In this document: piece after piece, positions 1-12,884 of the stretch | Numbering within the stretch: position 1 is the stretch's first letter | How the letters are laid out: each line of letters begins with the position of its first letter | NCBI GenBank assembly: GCA_000934665.2 | Contig: JYFJ02002917.1 | Coordinates: 1 to 49,000, forward strand | Source of the DNA: Catajapyx aquilonaris | Lineage: Eukaryota | Length of the DNA stretch: 49,000 nucleotides | Reading direction: 5' to 3' | Translations under genes and position numbers: made by a program | The notes under the pieces: generated by a model | What the model saw: the letters and a program-made list of their open reading frames with translations, nothing else | Told to the model about the DNA's origin: nothing | Database searches by the model: none

Positions 1-503
1 CGACCAATTATCTCCGTAATGAGGCTGCCCAGACATATGACTCCTATACTTAAATCGATCCTCTGGTGGCTAGGAAGGCAGTCATATACGTCGGGGCACT
101 GAGTTCAGATACACCCTGTATACAGGTCTGGAAATAGCCCCCTTATCTTGTGAATCTCCAGAGTCCCACCCACCAGCTTCTATGCCGCAGTACATAGAGC
201 GACACCCCTCACTGCGACAGAAATTATTACTATTAATTTGGAACGGAGGGGGAAACGGGACCGGAAGGAACGGACCATGCCTACTAGATTTCAATGGGCG
301 GTTTGGTAGTCTTGGTTCATCGCGTTCCCCCACCAGGTTTGCTGTATGTGGTCCAGCATAGAGCACTAAAAAATGGGACAAAAGCGCCACAAACTCAAGC
401 GATGTGGCATGCTATCTAACTACTGATAAACCTCTCCTTGCCTCTCAAACGTCACGGGGGTTGGAGGGAGAAACCTATGTGAAAATCAAACAGAGTTGAA
501 CTG

Positions 504-750
504 GGGTGAAGGGGAGGTGCAGTGGTGCTGCAGTAACGTATGTGCCCGGATGTACGGGTCCCGGATTCAATCCCAAGCCCAAGCATTCACCCATCTCGTG
601 CAGAGTTGGGTTGTCTCGTGCTTCGTCTCAGGTGGGATTCCTTGTGACTAACCACCTGGGGGAGTTCACAAAATGTACAGTTATAGACATTGCATTTGCA
701 CTTTGCATATCCCCTCCCAGTCACCCTGCCTGTGCGCTTCGTTAAAGGTT
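504..750 (+). mobile_element. Degenerate tRNA-derived SINE copy (copy E)
   Basis: B-box-like GGTCCCGGATTCAATCCC near 556-573. The GACATTGCATTTGCAC motif near 686-701 is shared with the SINE copies at 10322-10744 and 31032-31343. Boundaries are approximate. Confidence 0.45.
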
Positions 751-798
751 CCAGTATGGATCGTACTACAAAGGTATAATAAAGGTCCGTGCTACATA

Positions 799-1543
799 CC
801 GTATTACCTCTCACATTGCGGCATGCCGGTGTAGGCGAGGTCGACCAGTTTTTTAAAATGCTTGATCTGGTGGCTATACCGGCATGCCGGTGTAAGCGAG
901 GTATGCATGTATAAGACGAGGTTTTCACATAAGTTACATTATCCTTTCTGAACTCGACATTTGCCTGAAAATCGAAATTCACGTAAGGGCTATCGAAAAG
1001 GCACATTTTCCGAATAGGGTACCCGTACCATATATTGTTTTAAATTGCAGTGTTTGTCAATAATCTCTATTTAAACAGTATGTTAGAGCAGGGGGTTCCC
1101 CTGTCAAAGCAGGGTGACGATGGGATTGGTCATACACTCTACATTTTTTTAATGCACTGTGCAACAGAATTGACATATTCTCACAGCCTGTACACTCGCG
1201 CATTTTCATTGTAACATTATTTTAGTATGGTACAGTGCTGGCCATATATCGAGGCAACCGCCAGCGACACTTTTCCGAAGCGGCAGAAGAAGGAATCTTG
1301 CTCGCCCGGCTTGTAGCATGCTTATCTTCGATTCCTTCTTCTGCCGCTTCGGAAAAATGTCGCTGGCGGTTGCCTCGAAATATGGCCAGCACTGTACCAG
1401 AAGCATTCCAAAATAATTGGCAAGGATCAAAATTCCGGAAATCTACCTCAGTTATTGCCGCATGCCGGCCTTCCCCGGGTTATACCGGCATGCTGGTCGA
1501 CCTCGTTTTATACCGGCGTGCCACAATATGGGAGGTAATACGG
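799..1543. mobile_element. Non-autonomous Tc2/pogo-like DNA transposon (CCGTA termini, TA TSD) carrying a nested MITE
   Basis: Ends are TA|CCGTATTACCTC and GAGGTAATACGG|TA. About 50-bp imperfect TIRs (799-848 vs about 1493-1543) and repeated ccggcatgccgg subterminal motifs. No transposase ORF. Confidence 0.8.
1233..1394. mobile_element. 162-bp Tc1/mariner-type MITE
   Basis: Ends are TA|CAGTGCTGGCCATAT and ATATGGCCAGCACTG|TA, with about 65-bp inverted arms. Same family as 5291-5452. Confidence 0.85.
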
Positions 1544-2073
1544 TACCTCTGAAGGAGGTCAAGCACTACCTGTATTATTATAATAATAATATTATAATGT
1601 ACTGAATTGAATATCCTGGTGACATGTTGAACTCTCATCCAGCTGGGAAAATACCTTCTATTCACTCTCCTGTCGATATGCACTGCGCTTTCAACGGCAT
1701 TGAATTCAAGTGGTTGAGGTACATTGAAATTTGACAGTGGATACAGGCCTCAAGGGAGGCGCATGCTCTCAGTAAGTTTTTGGTATCACCTAGCACCTCG
1801 GGCAGGAAAAGAGCAGATCAGAAAAACCATTTGTAAGTACAGGAAATACCCTCTTTACGCCAGTAATTGGTTCCAGCAACATAGCTGCGTAAAGTGAATC
1901 GGCATAAAACGAGACAAAATTAAAGTGATGGTAAATGAGAATTCAGTGTATAACATTACATAATGGAAGTAAATCACAGCAAGAATAGCTTCTATTTGTT
2001 AATCACTATTTGACCTTTATTTATATTGAAGTAGTCTTCAACTACTAATCATTTGTTCACTTATTATTTGCAG

Positions 2074-2157
2074 GATGCAGCTGGCGTGTGCCAGAAGTAC
2101 ATGGCAAGGGACCCCGATGAGATTCGCTTCACTGTTGTGGCCCTCACTGCTGCCTAA
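2074..2157 (+). CDS. UCHL3: Terminal coding exon of a ubiquitin C-terminal hydrolase (UCH-L1/L3 family); upstream exons not found in the window
   Basis: The acceptor ttattatttgcag is followed in phase 0 by [30 protein letters not shown]. This matches the recalled C-termini of UCHL3 ([27 protein letters not shown]) and UCHL1 ([28 protein letters not shown]). The ORF track misses it. Confidence 0.9.
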   Translation, partial: DAAGVCQKYMARDPDEIRFTVVALTAA

Positions 2158-3864
2158 TCTGATTGTTTCCTGGTGGCATTTCAGAAAAGAGATAATCACC
2201 TTCCTTACACGGCTTAAGCAGCCTTCATTCCAGGTGAGACACTTTTTCGACATCTTACGTCCACCAACTGCCACAACATTCTGTGTCATATGGTTGTGTA
2301 ACTGATTGCTAGACATTAGAGATGGATACATGCAGAGCAGATGCATGGAATTGCAATTGTCCCTAGGGTCATAACTCAGTCCAACTCTGTCGCGCGGAAA
2401 TGGCCACTCCTTCAAGAGAGAGAATGTTTAAGACCAAAGATGGGAAAAAATAGTTATACTGTGCTTTACTGGTTCCTTGCGAGGTATGGTGGGGAGAATC
2501 ATGGCATAATACCTGCATAGATATGAATGTCAGGTAGGAACCGGACTGGGTTCCAGACAGGTGACATCCCAATATGAAAATTTCATTATGATTTTTTTTT
2601 TGGCAAGTAAAGGGGGAGGAGAGTAGTTTGTTTGTTAATTAACCTGAAGACAAGACAGGTCGTTTCCTCTGAAGAATGGCAGGGGTCATAGGAGGGTAAA
2701 TTCTAACTCAACATCTTGGCCTTATGGAAAAGGTCGGTTGGGGGGGACCGTTATCTCGGAAGATGTTGCTTTATTGCTTCCTGTGCTGTCAGGACCTTTT
2801 CAAAAGCAGGAAGAGCAGGAGATATGATTGTTCAAAAGTTACTTTCTGCCATATTGCTGCATGAATTTGCATTGCAATCAGGTTGGATCATATTATGGAG
2901 TTTAAAATGTAACAGTTAATTTTGTGGACAAGACAAGCAGGTTTTAATTTGAACGTATTGCGAGCTAGAAAATGTGATGATCATTGACCACATTTGGTAC
3001 GTTTTATAATACATTTCAAAAATTTCCAGTACTTAAACCATTAATACTGTAAAATTTAGCCATGCTAACATTAGGAAATAACAGTTACTGCAAATGGTAG
3101 AATCAACATGTACCTGAATACTAAAAACTGCTAACCTCTTGACTGCAGACGTTTCACTTGGGATGCACTGCATTTTGCAGTAGCTAACAATTTGTTTGAT
3201 TATACCGATGAGCTATGTGCTTATATTTTCAGTCATTAAATTATTATAAAGGTTTTAACTGGCTATTACACCTGAGGATCTGAGATATTAGTTGACACAA
3301 ATTCACAGATATCTTGTTAAACTAATCCAGTGTTTTGACACATCATTTATTGAGAAATTGTTTTGTCATCAAGCTCCCTAAAAAAAACTTTCAAAGGTTC
3401 CGAGGTTTGATGACTGACAAGCTTTCATGTCCCATGAGTAATAAAACTCATCATGCTGTCGGTGATTAGTCATTTCCAAAGGATTTTTAAAATGGCTGTG
3501 TCCAATTTGATTGTGTCACGAATTGGGCATTGGAAAAAAAAAAAATCAGATTCATGATGGCTGGGGACATGGATATTGTGCCATCACTTTTCGTTTCGAA
3601 CCTTAATTTGAATGTCAGAAGATCCATGCAGAGTGCTCTTAATCTGATGGGGCCAAGCATGAACAAGCCAGAGAAGGGAAAAAAATATACAGGTTATTAC
3701 ATAGATAACTGTGGGTAATCATTGGGCAATATTGGCTGATTTTTGGTGTTAGAAAGTGGGCTAGTAACATTTGTGCGTCGTATGTCAATTTCCACGTCAT
3801 ACACAATAAAGGCTTCGCGGTATACTGGGAAAAGTTGAAAGCATTGCGTTGCTGTTGTGGTTGT

Positions 3865-3887
3865 TAGTAGTAGTAGTAGTAGTAGTA

Positions 3888-3925
<38 letters not shown>
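3865..3925. repeat. Compound (TAG)n(TAA)n microsatellite
   Basis: Directly visible tagtagtag... then taataataa... run. Confidence 0.95.
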
Positions 3926-3926
<1 letters not shown>

Positions 3927-4920
3927 TCCTACGAGCCTCATTTTCCATATGCTTGGAATCTCTATATATGTGTGATAATTTCTGCTCATGCCCGTCAAGA
4001 CTGGTTGTGAAATGAGCATTTTGATGGACATGAAGCTGGCACGTAACGTCACGCTTTGCAAGTTAAGTTTTTAACGCAATCTACATGGCCCATCTCAGTT
4101 TTGCTGAATTGTTGTTGCGACACGTTTGGCTGCAGGAAGTGGGCGACCACCCGGCAATTATCGCGGTAATGGAAACTTAATCCTAACAGGGGCCACCCCA
4201 CCTCCACTTTTCATCACGACTCGGGGGCAGCCGAATCTGCATAAAAAATTATCATTCCCCATCCCCCTGCCGGCCCTCCAACCGCCCACTTCTTTATGAC
4301 TGTATCGTCATCACCTTACAGCCCACTGCCATCACACCACCCACTGATACACGAATTTTTGCAACAATGGGTGTGATTTTTTGGACTGCTTTGCCTCCCT
4401 CCCAGATTTTCCACCCCCAGTGCGAATCTCATGAACAACCCTTAAGACCCACAGCATATAATCAAAAGCTGTGCCCCCTTCCCCTCTCCCTGTTACCCTC
4501 TCACTGGTCTTGATATATTGGATATTAATTCAGAGGATATGATAATGATAGTTGCAGCTTCCCACTGCCATAAATTAAGGGATACCCCGTATAAAAGAGG
4601 GAGGGGGGGGGATCCTACCCCTGCCTGAAATCCCAGGTGTTATTAAAGAACTTAATTGCTGTGCCATGATTTTTTGGTCATGAAATGGAGAAGGGGAAGC
4701 AGAATCGGTCAATTTGATTGATCCATCATCAGTGGTCTTCGTGTTAATGCATTTTTCTGGTTATTGCTGAAGTGCACTTGACGAGAGAGTCTAGGATTTG
4801 TTCCCTGTGCTTAACAGATGATGTGGTTTTAATTTATATACAAAGAGGCTGCTACGAGCCGATAGTTGAAGGGTTTCCCAATAAATCATCTGGTGAAATT
4901 TTACTCGAATGACATGCTCA

Positions 4921-5046
4921 TACCCGATTGCACCACCAAAATTACCGATCCGATAGCTCCTAATGGATTGTTAGGAGCCCTTTTAACGTGTCCTAACGAT
5001 CTGTTTGGTGCTATCGAATCGGTAATTTTGTTGGTGCAATCAGGCA
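4921..5046. mobile_element. 126-bp foldback MITE with 3-bp TCA TSD (PIF/Harbinger-like)
   Basis: 56-bp arms (4921-4976 and 4991-5046, 47/56 matching by hand) around a 14-nt loop, with TCA on both flanks. Confidence 0.75.
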
Positions 5047-5290
5047 TCAGTGTGAGATTGCATTTGGATTATGACTTGTTCAAGTTTTAAAACTTTGGTA
5101 GAACTCTGCATAAATATGACAGTACAATGTGGTGACATTACTTTCATTTATAAAAATGTGTCCATGAGTAAGTTACATAACATACATTTATAATTAAGGG
5201 TGAAGTATATTTAAGAACTGTTATTACGCCATGTGTTTCATAAGTTAGCTCACATCCATATCAGCAGATATGTCAAATTCTCCCTTGGTA

Positions 5291-5452
5291 CAGTGTTGGA
5301 AATTAATCGCGTCATACTGCTGGTGACATTTTCCGAAGCGGCATAAGAATGAATCGAAGCAATGGATAGTGCAAGCCGTGAAAGCAAGTTTCGTTCTTCT
5401 GCCACTTCGGAAAATGTCGCTAGCAGTATGACGCGATTAATGTCCAACACTG
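5291..5452. mobile_element. 162-bp Tc1/mariner-type MITE, relative of 1233-1394 in opposite orientation
   Basis: Ends are TA|CAGTGTTGGA and TCCAACACTG|TA. It shares TTTTCCGAAGCGGCA and the central spacer (reverse-complemented) with 1233-1394 and has the same length. Confidence 0.85.
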
Positions 5453-6721
5453 TACACTGAGAGGAGAGGAAGAGGCAAGAGGGGACTTGCATGTCAGGTG
5501 TGGGCTTTATCCTAAATTTGACGAGGCACAGGAGTACCAACGTAGTACAGGAGAGTCTGCTACAGTTCAACTGAGATTAAAGGTAGCTAAATTATGAAAC
5601 ACACTGTGTACAAGCAACTAGTTTTATGTGCAGAGACCATTACTGCATATGAAATAGAAGTCTTAACCTGCAGTGAAAGTTTGTCTTTTTATTCACCTAC
5701 TGATTGTGCAACTCGGCATGTGGTATTCCTTTTTTTTTGTCTCACAGTTTAGGCATTTACAGCCTCTAATCGGGCAACCTTAAGTTTTACTTTGTATATT
5801 TAGTAGTAATATCGATTTTTCTTCTCATTGCAGGAGTTTTGTGTGTCATAACAGCGGCTTATTTTCGATATTATGCAGAATCAACGACTGCTGTAGTAGG
5901 CTTACGTTCAACCTTATGCTGTACCATGTATTCATTAGCACAAATTGAGAGCTAAATTTTTTGATTGCAGAGCTCTGGAGAAGGAGTCTTTAATTTGGAA
6001 TTTGCATTTGTTTGTTCTAGAATTTGTGCTAGTAAATACATGGTTCCTTTTTTTTTTCTGCTGTAGTTCATGTTTTCATACCCCCACAATATAAGGATTT
6101 TTGTGTGTTGTGAGCGCATTGCAATATTTGGATGAAAGTCATGGCTTCCCCCTGCCTCTTAAACAGAGCAGCATTGTTAGCAAATGAGCTCAGTTAGCAC
6201 CTCTTGTAGACCTATTTCTTTTTCCTGCTTTGAAAGTTGCAGGGCAGATCATATGTCACCTGAAGAGGCTAAAAGCTGTGATGTCAGGGATATAATATCA
6301 AAAGTGTTGCCATATGTGTGTGAATCTTTTTTCTTTTTAACTGCCAAAGGGCATATCACAAGTATCACAGTTTTTGCTGCATTGTTGGAGATTCAAATTT
6401 TGATTAGAAGGAATGCGCACAAGACCAATATCTTTTCTTTTTTTCCTTTTCATTTTTGGTAGTCATTGTTTTCTGTGCATTGGTGACAAATTGCTCATGG
6501 CTGCAAGACTGATAACTTAGAAACAAAAAAATTTGCCATCATTGTTGGTGGGCAGGTAAGTACACAATGTAATGAGCCATATTGCTTAAATATTGGCACA
6601 CTTGAAACTCACAGGGATCAATGTCAATGTGCCACTGTTTATAAATGGATAAAGTGATATCGATTCGCCTTTAATGTGGCACAGATGTGGAGCTTTGTAT
6701 GCACCATGACTTACTTGCAAG

Positions 6722-6727
6722 AATAAA
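6722..6727 (+). terminator. Candidate distal polyadenylation signal of the UCH gene (others at 3440-3445 and 3805-3810)
   Basis: AATAAA followed by a GT/T-rich stretch, at the end of a T-rich UTR-like region. Confidence 0.35.
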
Positions 6728-7909
6728 ACTGGCTGTGCTGCACAAAAGCTATTTTATTGGTGTATTTATCCTTTCTGCTCCGGGCAAGTTTGGGAACTAC
6801 TATGTTGGAATTTGTGGAGGTTTGTGGTCATCATGAGGAAACCCCAGCTCACCCCAGCAATCTTCACAGGCATCCTCTTTGGAGAGAAAATACTGCCACA
6901 TGTGAAGGAGTGATACTACCTCTCCTGGAGCCATCCTTGCCTTTCCAAAATGTCGCATTATTTTGGCTTGTTTGTTTGCTGTCGTCCACAATACTTTTGT
7001 TCCTCCCCACCTGTGGACTGGAAGTTATCCCAGGACCTAGCCATATAATAATGAGCCAGGAAAAAGAAGCTTGGCCAACACTGGGAGCTGGGTTGTTTCC
7101 ATCCTCAAATATTGACCTTCTCTTTCCAAGCAGTTCCTGAGCGCAGAGTACCCAAAGAGGATCCAGCAGCGTTGCCTCCTTGGTGTCATTGTCAGATTGA
7201 CAGCGAGGACCCTTCGTGGAGACCAGCCCTCTTAGAGCGAGACTGACTTGATATCAATTGTCCACCCACTTGTCGGCCCCCACACCCCGGAAATATTTGC
7301 ATACAGGCTGCGGAGGTGTTTCCCAAGTCACCTACTTGTCACGCTCAATACAACTCGAGTGCTTGCAAAAGACAATGGATTTATCACCTAATTACCCTTA
7401 GGGCGCGTCCTGATGCACGACTGGAAGTATTATGCGTAAGGGGGAAGGATGTATTCTTTTCCTGCGTGCATTCACTGAAAATTACACCTTTTTGAACTCC
7501 TTCAATTTAAGATGCTATCAGAAGCTGGTTTTGTGATGCTTTGGCACGTGCTAACTCAAGTGCATCGGGGTTTTAACTTATACGGCATCAGGAAGGTGTT
7601 AGAGGCCGTCACTCTGATGGGGGAATGCAGTTAATGTGACGGGCTGTGACTGGACAGTTATGAAAAATGGAGTAGTGTTGACCTCGAGCCTTTTGTATAT
7701 TGTTAGCTACATTGTTGGTATTGATGAGTCGTTGACCACGTGATGATCATATTTTCTGAATGCATCATTATAGGATGGCATTAGGTGAGGCAAAGAGGAG
7801 CTTTCAGGATGAAACTCAAGGTCGAGTTTCCTTCAGCCGCCTTCAGTCAAAAGGGAGGTGTGGTCTACTTGGATTTGACACGTGGCTGCTGCCATTACTA
7901 GTCCTTTAA

Positions 7910-8206
7910 CCCTGAAACCGTGACGTGCCTGAAAGTTACGGCAACCATGACGTGGGGTCTTTAGGACCCCATGCCATATTTTAATTTTTATTAATTTTTA
8001 TATAATACTTTTCATTGTATTTTTTTTTTGTATTGATTATATGCAATCATTCTTTGAACAATGCCTAAAATGATCGCTTATTCAAAATAAACATGCACTT
8101 CCTGTTATGTGCTTTTTTTTAAATAGCAAAAGCTCATTGTAATTATCATTTTAATGCATTGTAATTCCTTTGGGATCCTGAAAGACCCCACATCATGGTT
8201 CCAGGG
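7910..8206. mobile_element. 297-bp piggyBac-like MITE
   Basis: Ends are TTAA|CCCTGAAACCGTGACGTG and CACATCATGGTTCCAGGG|TTAA. An asymmetric subterminal inverted repeat (7943-7971 vs 8171-8200) is typical of piggyBac ends. Confidence 0.85.
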
Positions 8207-10321
8207 TTAAGGAATGATTCGGTTCATTGGCTCCAAAAAGAAATATAAAAACCAATGGGTGGCAATGTTAACGACATTTTAATTGACCTATTATAATATC
8301 TTTTGCCAGGAAAGTTGAATGCAGATATTGATAGCTGAGCCTGAGTTGTCACATGACCAAACTTGGAAAAGCATTCCTATACCACCATCTGAAACGAGGT
8401 AACGTGGACCATGACCAATGTAAGGCAGTAATACTGGCAATATAATGAGGTGTGCCTATACTTTTGAGTGCCATGCAGAGCCGTGGCAACACGGCGGGTG
8501 GCATAACCTGCTGGCTAGGCGGAGGACAGGATGTTATCACAAGCATTGAGCCTCGGTGGACTCTAGGATGTCGTTTGCATATTTAATGAAGTACTGTACT
8601 AAGGAGACTGCAAGACAGCGAGCGTCCTCCTCACTGTCCTCAGCCACCACTTTCATTCATTCTGATTCATTCCTTCCTTCATTCATACATTCTGAACTTT
8701 GCTCCAATATGGTCATGTAAATGTAACACCTGAAACTTCTCCCAAAGTACTTACCCCAGGTTCATCACAAAGAACTTACCTGAGTATCTTGAGTCCAAAA
8801 GATATTGTTGCTAGTAGATTCTGTACATCAAAGGTCTTGGCCATATTAGGCAAGGTGGTTGACAGGAGAAAATTAGTAAATGCCCAGTGTCATTTGATTT
8901 AGAGTTCAGGTAGAGAGAGAAGGAATGTAGCTTTGTGCCACATCATATACTGAGGTGTCATCATTGCAGGTACAATGCGTATAAGTCATGGATCAAATGT
9001 GTGGGGCACGGCATTTCCACACCAGGAGCACTCAATCTGAAATGTGACCTTGCAGATCGTGTTGCAGAATCATTTTGCATGAGCAGCCCAAAGTGTCCAG
9101 CCTCCGACTTGACTCATATTTCATCTATGCAGCACCTCCCTTTCATCAACACGCTACTAAACGAATGGAGCACCACCCTCTGGAAGACAATGCCAAATGT
9201 TGGTCTGTACCTGCTGTCCGCAGCCCATAGGTCACACTTGCTCCGAAAAATGACCCGAGGCGCCCCGGCTGACATGCAGACCTGGCCAATTTCCATTGGT
9301 CACGAGCTGTATAAATGATTGTGGTACCACAGTTACATACTCCATGTACAGCCTCTTTGATGGCGAAGGAGGATGGGTTGGAGGAGGTTTCGAGGTGGAA
9401 AGGGGGTTCACCTTGAACCCCAGGGTCAAGCCTGGCATGAAGAAGACTAGGGAACTGACTACACTATCTTAAGCTTGCTTCCATCTCCACCTGAGATGGT
9501 AATGGCTGCGGTGCTTTCACTCCCACACAGTGTACACAGTGCAGTACAGTAGGCGACAGTACACAGGCTGAGTGTACTTGCATCCCGTATGTCAAATATA
9601 CCAGGGAGTAAGCAGCTTTCTCAACTAGTTAGGTACACTTTCGGTGACGTGATGCTTACCATTGTTGCACTGTTGGAAAATATCAGATTCACTTCATTTC
9701 CTATGCGAAAGAGGTGCTGAGATGACACATGGCGTAGGCGTTCAAATGTATGGCACCTCCAGGTAGTTCAGAAAAAGAAAAACATGCTTATTTACCAACA
9801 AAGACCATTCGGGTTGGAAGTCATCTTCATACCTGAAAACATAATAATGCAAACACTGGCATGGTTTAGTCCCGGACATGCTGAAAAGGTCAAAGAAAAA
9901 CCCAACTGGGGCAACCCTCCTACTGAACAATCAGCAAGAGCTGGATCATTTATACAGTATTTTAGGGTCATACCCTAGCAATGTCAAGACCTACATATAA
10001 GGATACACAAAATCTGTACCTCTCTGCCACGTGCCAACAGTCCATCTAATTCAATCGTATTTATTCATGCCCCCTGTTGGAGAGATTTTTTTTTTGTAGC
10101 CATGGGCCAACGTTTTGCTGACGTCAGTACCTCCTAAACAAATTTCGATCTGGATTAACGGAATGAAGAAGATCCCATCACAATTCACAGAGGTAACTCT
10201 GTAGTCCTCAATATTATGCACATTCCTCACTCTTCACAGTTCCGCTGTTACTCTTCCTGCTTCGTATCACCCAATCGCTGTTGCTGTCCTCAATAATTCT
10301 AGCCCTTTCCCTTATTTTTAC

Positions 10322-10744
10322 ATTTTTACATTTTTTATTATTTATTTAGATATACCCCGTGCTAGAGCCATGGGCTCTCTTAGGGGAGTGGAATACCACT
10401 ATGTGCAGGGACAGGGTAGGGATAGGAGGGGGGGGGGGGACGCTGGTGCATGTGCAATGTCATCAAGTTGGGGGTCGTGTGCAGTCCCTCAGGGGGCCCG
10501 TTCGCCAAGATGACTCCCTAGATGCGAGTCAGAAACTCCCCACTGACCCGCACCTCCTCCAGGGCAGGGAAAGGAAGGAAGCGGCTGTGGCCTATTTTAC
10601 GGTACGATCCCGGAAATTTTTCCTGGGACGACCTTGGGAAACCACAGAAATCCAAGGTCAGGATCGCCGGCCTCCGGGACTCGAACCCAGGACCTCCCGA
10701 TTAGCAGTCGGATACCATATCCACTCCACCACTACTGCTTCGGT
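10322..10744 (-). mobile_element. tRNA-derived SINE (copy A, chimeric)
   Basis: The minus-strand head has B box GGTTCGAGTCCC and stem-loop CCGA-CTGCTAA-TCGG. Head and first body are shared with copies at 20210 and 47126. There is an A-rich tail and a TSD ccttatttttac (10310-10321 / 10746-10757). Confidence 0.85.
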
Positions 10745-11680
10745 TCCTTATTTTTACCATTCGGTCTGCAGGATCCAGATTTACAAGTGTTAGAGTACCG
10801 TTTAATATTTATCAGCCGTTAATTGTACATTACACCCGAATTTAATATAACTCATGTAAGCAGCTATGTTCTTTGGCTATAATCTCCATGGATATTGTCA
10901 AGCTCAATTTCTTGCCATGTAGTACCTTACAAATCATGGATTACGTCGTAATGTGTAAGTTATCGAGTTGTAAATTGCAAAGAAGGTGTTAGCAAGAGGC
11001 TTCCTCGAGTGTTAAGAAATATTGGAAACACGCCTCTTCGCCCACTTTGCTTATTTTATGTAAATAAAAGGGGCCGGTGTTTGCGCATTGGTTTCACTGT
11101 TGTCGTCATGTAGACGTGTAATCACTTCTTGTGCTTGAAATTGATTCCTTTTCGGATGATGGCTCAGGAATGCTGTCAAGCAGACCTGTCTTTTGATTTT
11201 TTATTTTTTTTTTTTTTTGCAAGCCCCGAGGATATTATTAACTCGAGTTCTTGAAGGTTATTAATGGATTAATGAGTAGAGTTGTCAGGTAAGGTACGGT
11301 AGCCAAAANCCCCCCTTCATGCCCCCTTAAGGTCTTCAAGTTGACATAAAGGGCTAATGTGTGCGCATCAACCACGTGAAACTTGCGTGACGGACAATGA
11401 ACAGATAAGACTACCACGTATCTTCACGCTTGTTCTGAGAATTGGAGTTGATTTTACTCTCACAAGTTATGAAATAAGCAGGCCGTCGTACTATTACTCT
11501 TATCTACCATTTGTTTTTGTTTTATACATTCTAGGAAGCCGTTTGTTTCGTTATTTACTCGTACACCTGCATTTGGTGATTAGGTACCTGTAAACGATAC
11601 CACTGCGTACACTGTGATGTTTATTGTCCTATAATCCAAAGGTTTTGATAATAAACGAATCGGGGTACATTTCTGGACTT

Positions 11681-11785
11681 ACGACTTGAGCCTCGGTCGC
11701 ACGACCAGGCGATTTGCGACTGACCTATAGTACCTATTTTTGTCGTTCGCAAAGCGTCTGGTCGTGCGACCGAGGCTCAAATCGT
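11681..11785. repeat. 105-bp near-perfect hairpin (probable MITE remnant)
   Basis: 39-bp arms matching at 36/39 (acgacttgagcctcggtcgcacgaccaggcgatttgcga) around a loop of about 27 nt. Confidence 0.85.
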
Positions 11786-11851
11786 GAGGGCGTAAACCGG
11801 CATTTATGTATAGGTGGGAGTAAAATAAACATCAAATACAAGCCATGTCTG

Positions 11852-11857
11852 TTTATT
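11852..11857 (-). terminator. Candidate polyadenylation signal of the KLF gene (a second one at 11620-11625)
   Basis: Minus-strand AATAAA followed by the GT/T-rich ttgtatttgatgtttattttac, about 1.55 kb past the stop codon. Confidence 0.4.
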
Positions 11858-12884
11858 ATTGCGGTATTACTGCTGCTCTCTGATACAATTATAAGGCATT
11901 CGGTACGGATATTGCACTTATCTGAAAAGGTACAATACGCACTCTTGAGCACCAAACAGGGCCGCATACGGCTTAGCTTATCTTTTTTCGAATTTGGACT
12001 GCTCGTTTACTGGAACACACTGTTGTACATGTATGGACAATCGTAGAAGGCACGGGATGGTAAGACTAACATAAGGCCCTTGGATTAGCAATCAGAACAA
12101 GGACGATTTCTTCAAATTCTGGCCTTTAAGTACTTATAGGGGAGATCGGTGTATTAAATCGTGACATGATTGCAATCACATAAAATAATACCCTGTTTAT
12201 ATCCGTACCAAATGTACACGATGCCTTTCTGTAAATGTACACGGTGTAAAGTTATATTCACATTTTAAATATTGTTAGCAATAGCTCCTGTGGTAGTGAG
12301 CGTTTGCTATGAACAAAAGTTGCATTTTTCACTCAAAATAAGTAGCCATTCTGAATCAGGGCAAAAACGCGCCTTTTACGTATAAAACAAATATATGGAA
12401 TATACAGAACACCATCACTTGGCCGGACACAATTTGTAAAAAAAAAAAATTGTCAGGTCTTCCTGAGCGACTATCATTAGAAGCACAATGCTGTACGCTA
12501 TTAGTTATAGGCAACAGCACCATCAGAGGTCCCTTTAGCATGTCCCCATGACCGGGATTGGAGATATTGAGGTGGGCGCCATTACACCCAGTGGGCGCCA
12601 ATACCCCGATCTCCCCTGCACTCACTGTTATCTTAATCAATGTTTTCTTTGCAATTATACATGGACGGAGCACAATACGGACTCTCTATAAAAATAAATA
12701 CGCAAATCTTGGAAGTTGTCACAAAGCAGCAATTAATACTATTATAAACAAGAGGTGTAGTTGATTGTCCCAGCGTTACTATTTCTCGCCCTATTCAAAA
12801 TATAACTCGAGCTTAGCACACTCTTCAGTGCACTACGCATGTGTACAATACATACAAGTGAGCATCTCCTAGAGACCGTCAAGA

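Noticed and set aside
1..2073. Upstream UCH exon (expected ELDGR..P.NHG motif)
   Set aside because: No matching codons were found by eye, so it presumably lies left of the window.
2075..2305. 76-aa + strand ORF (MQLACARS...)
   Set aside because: It is the wrong frame of the UCH terminal exon plus UTR.
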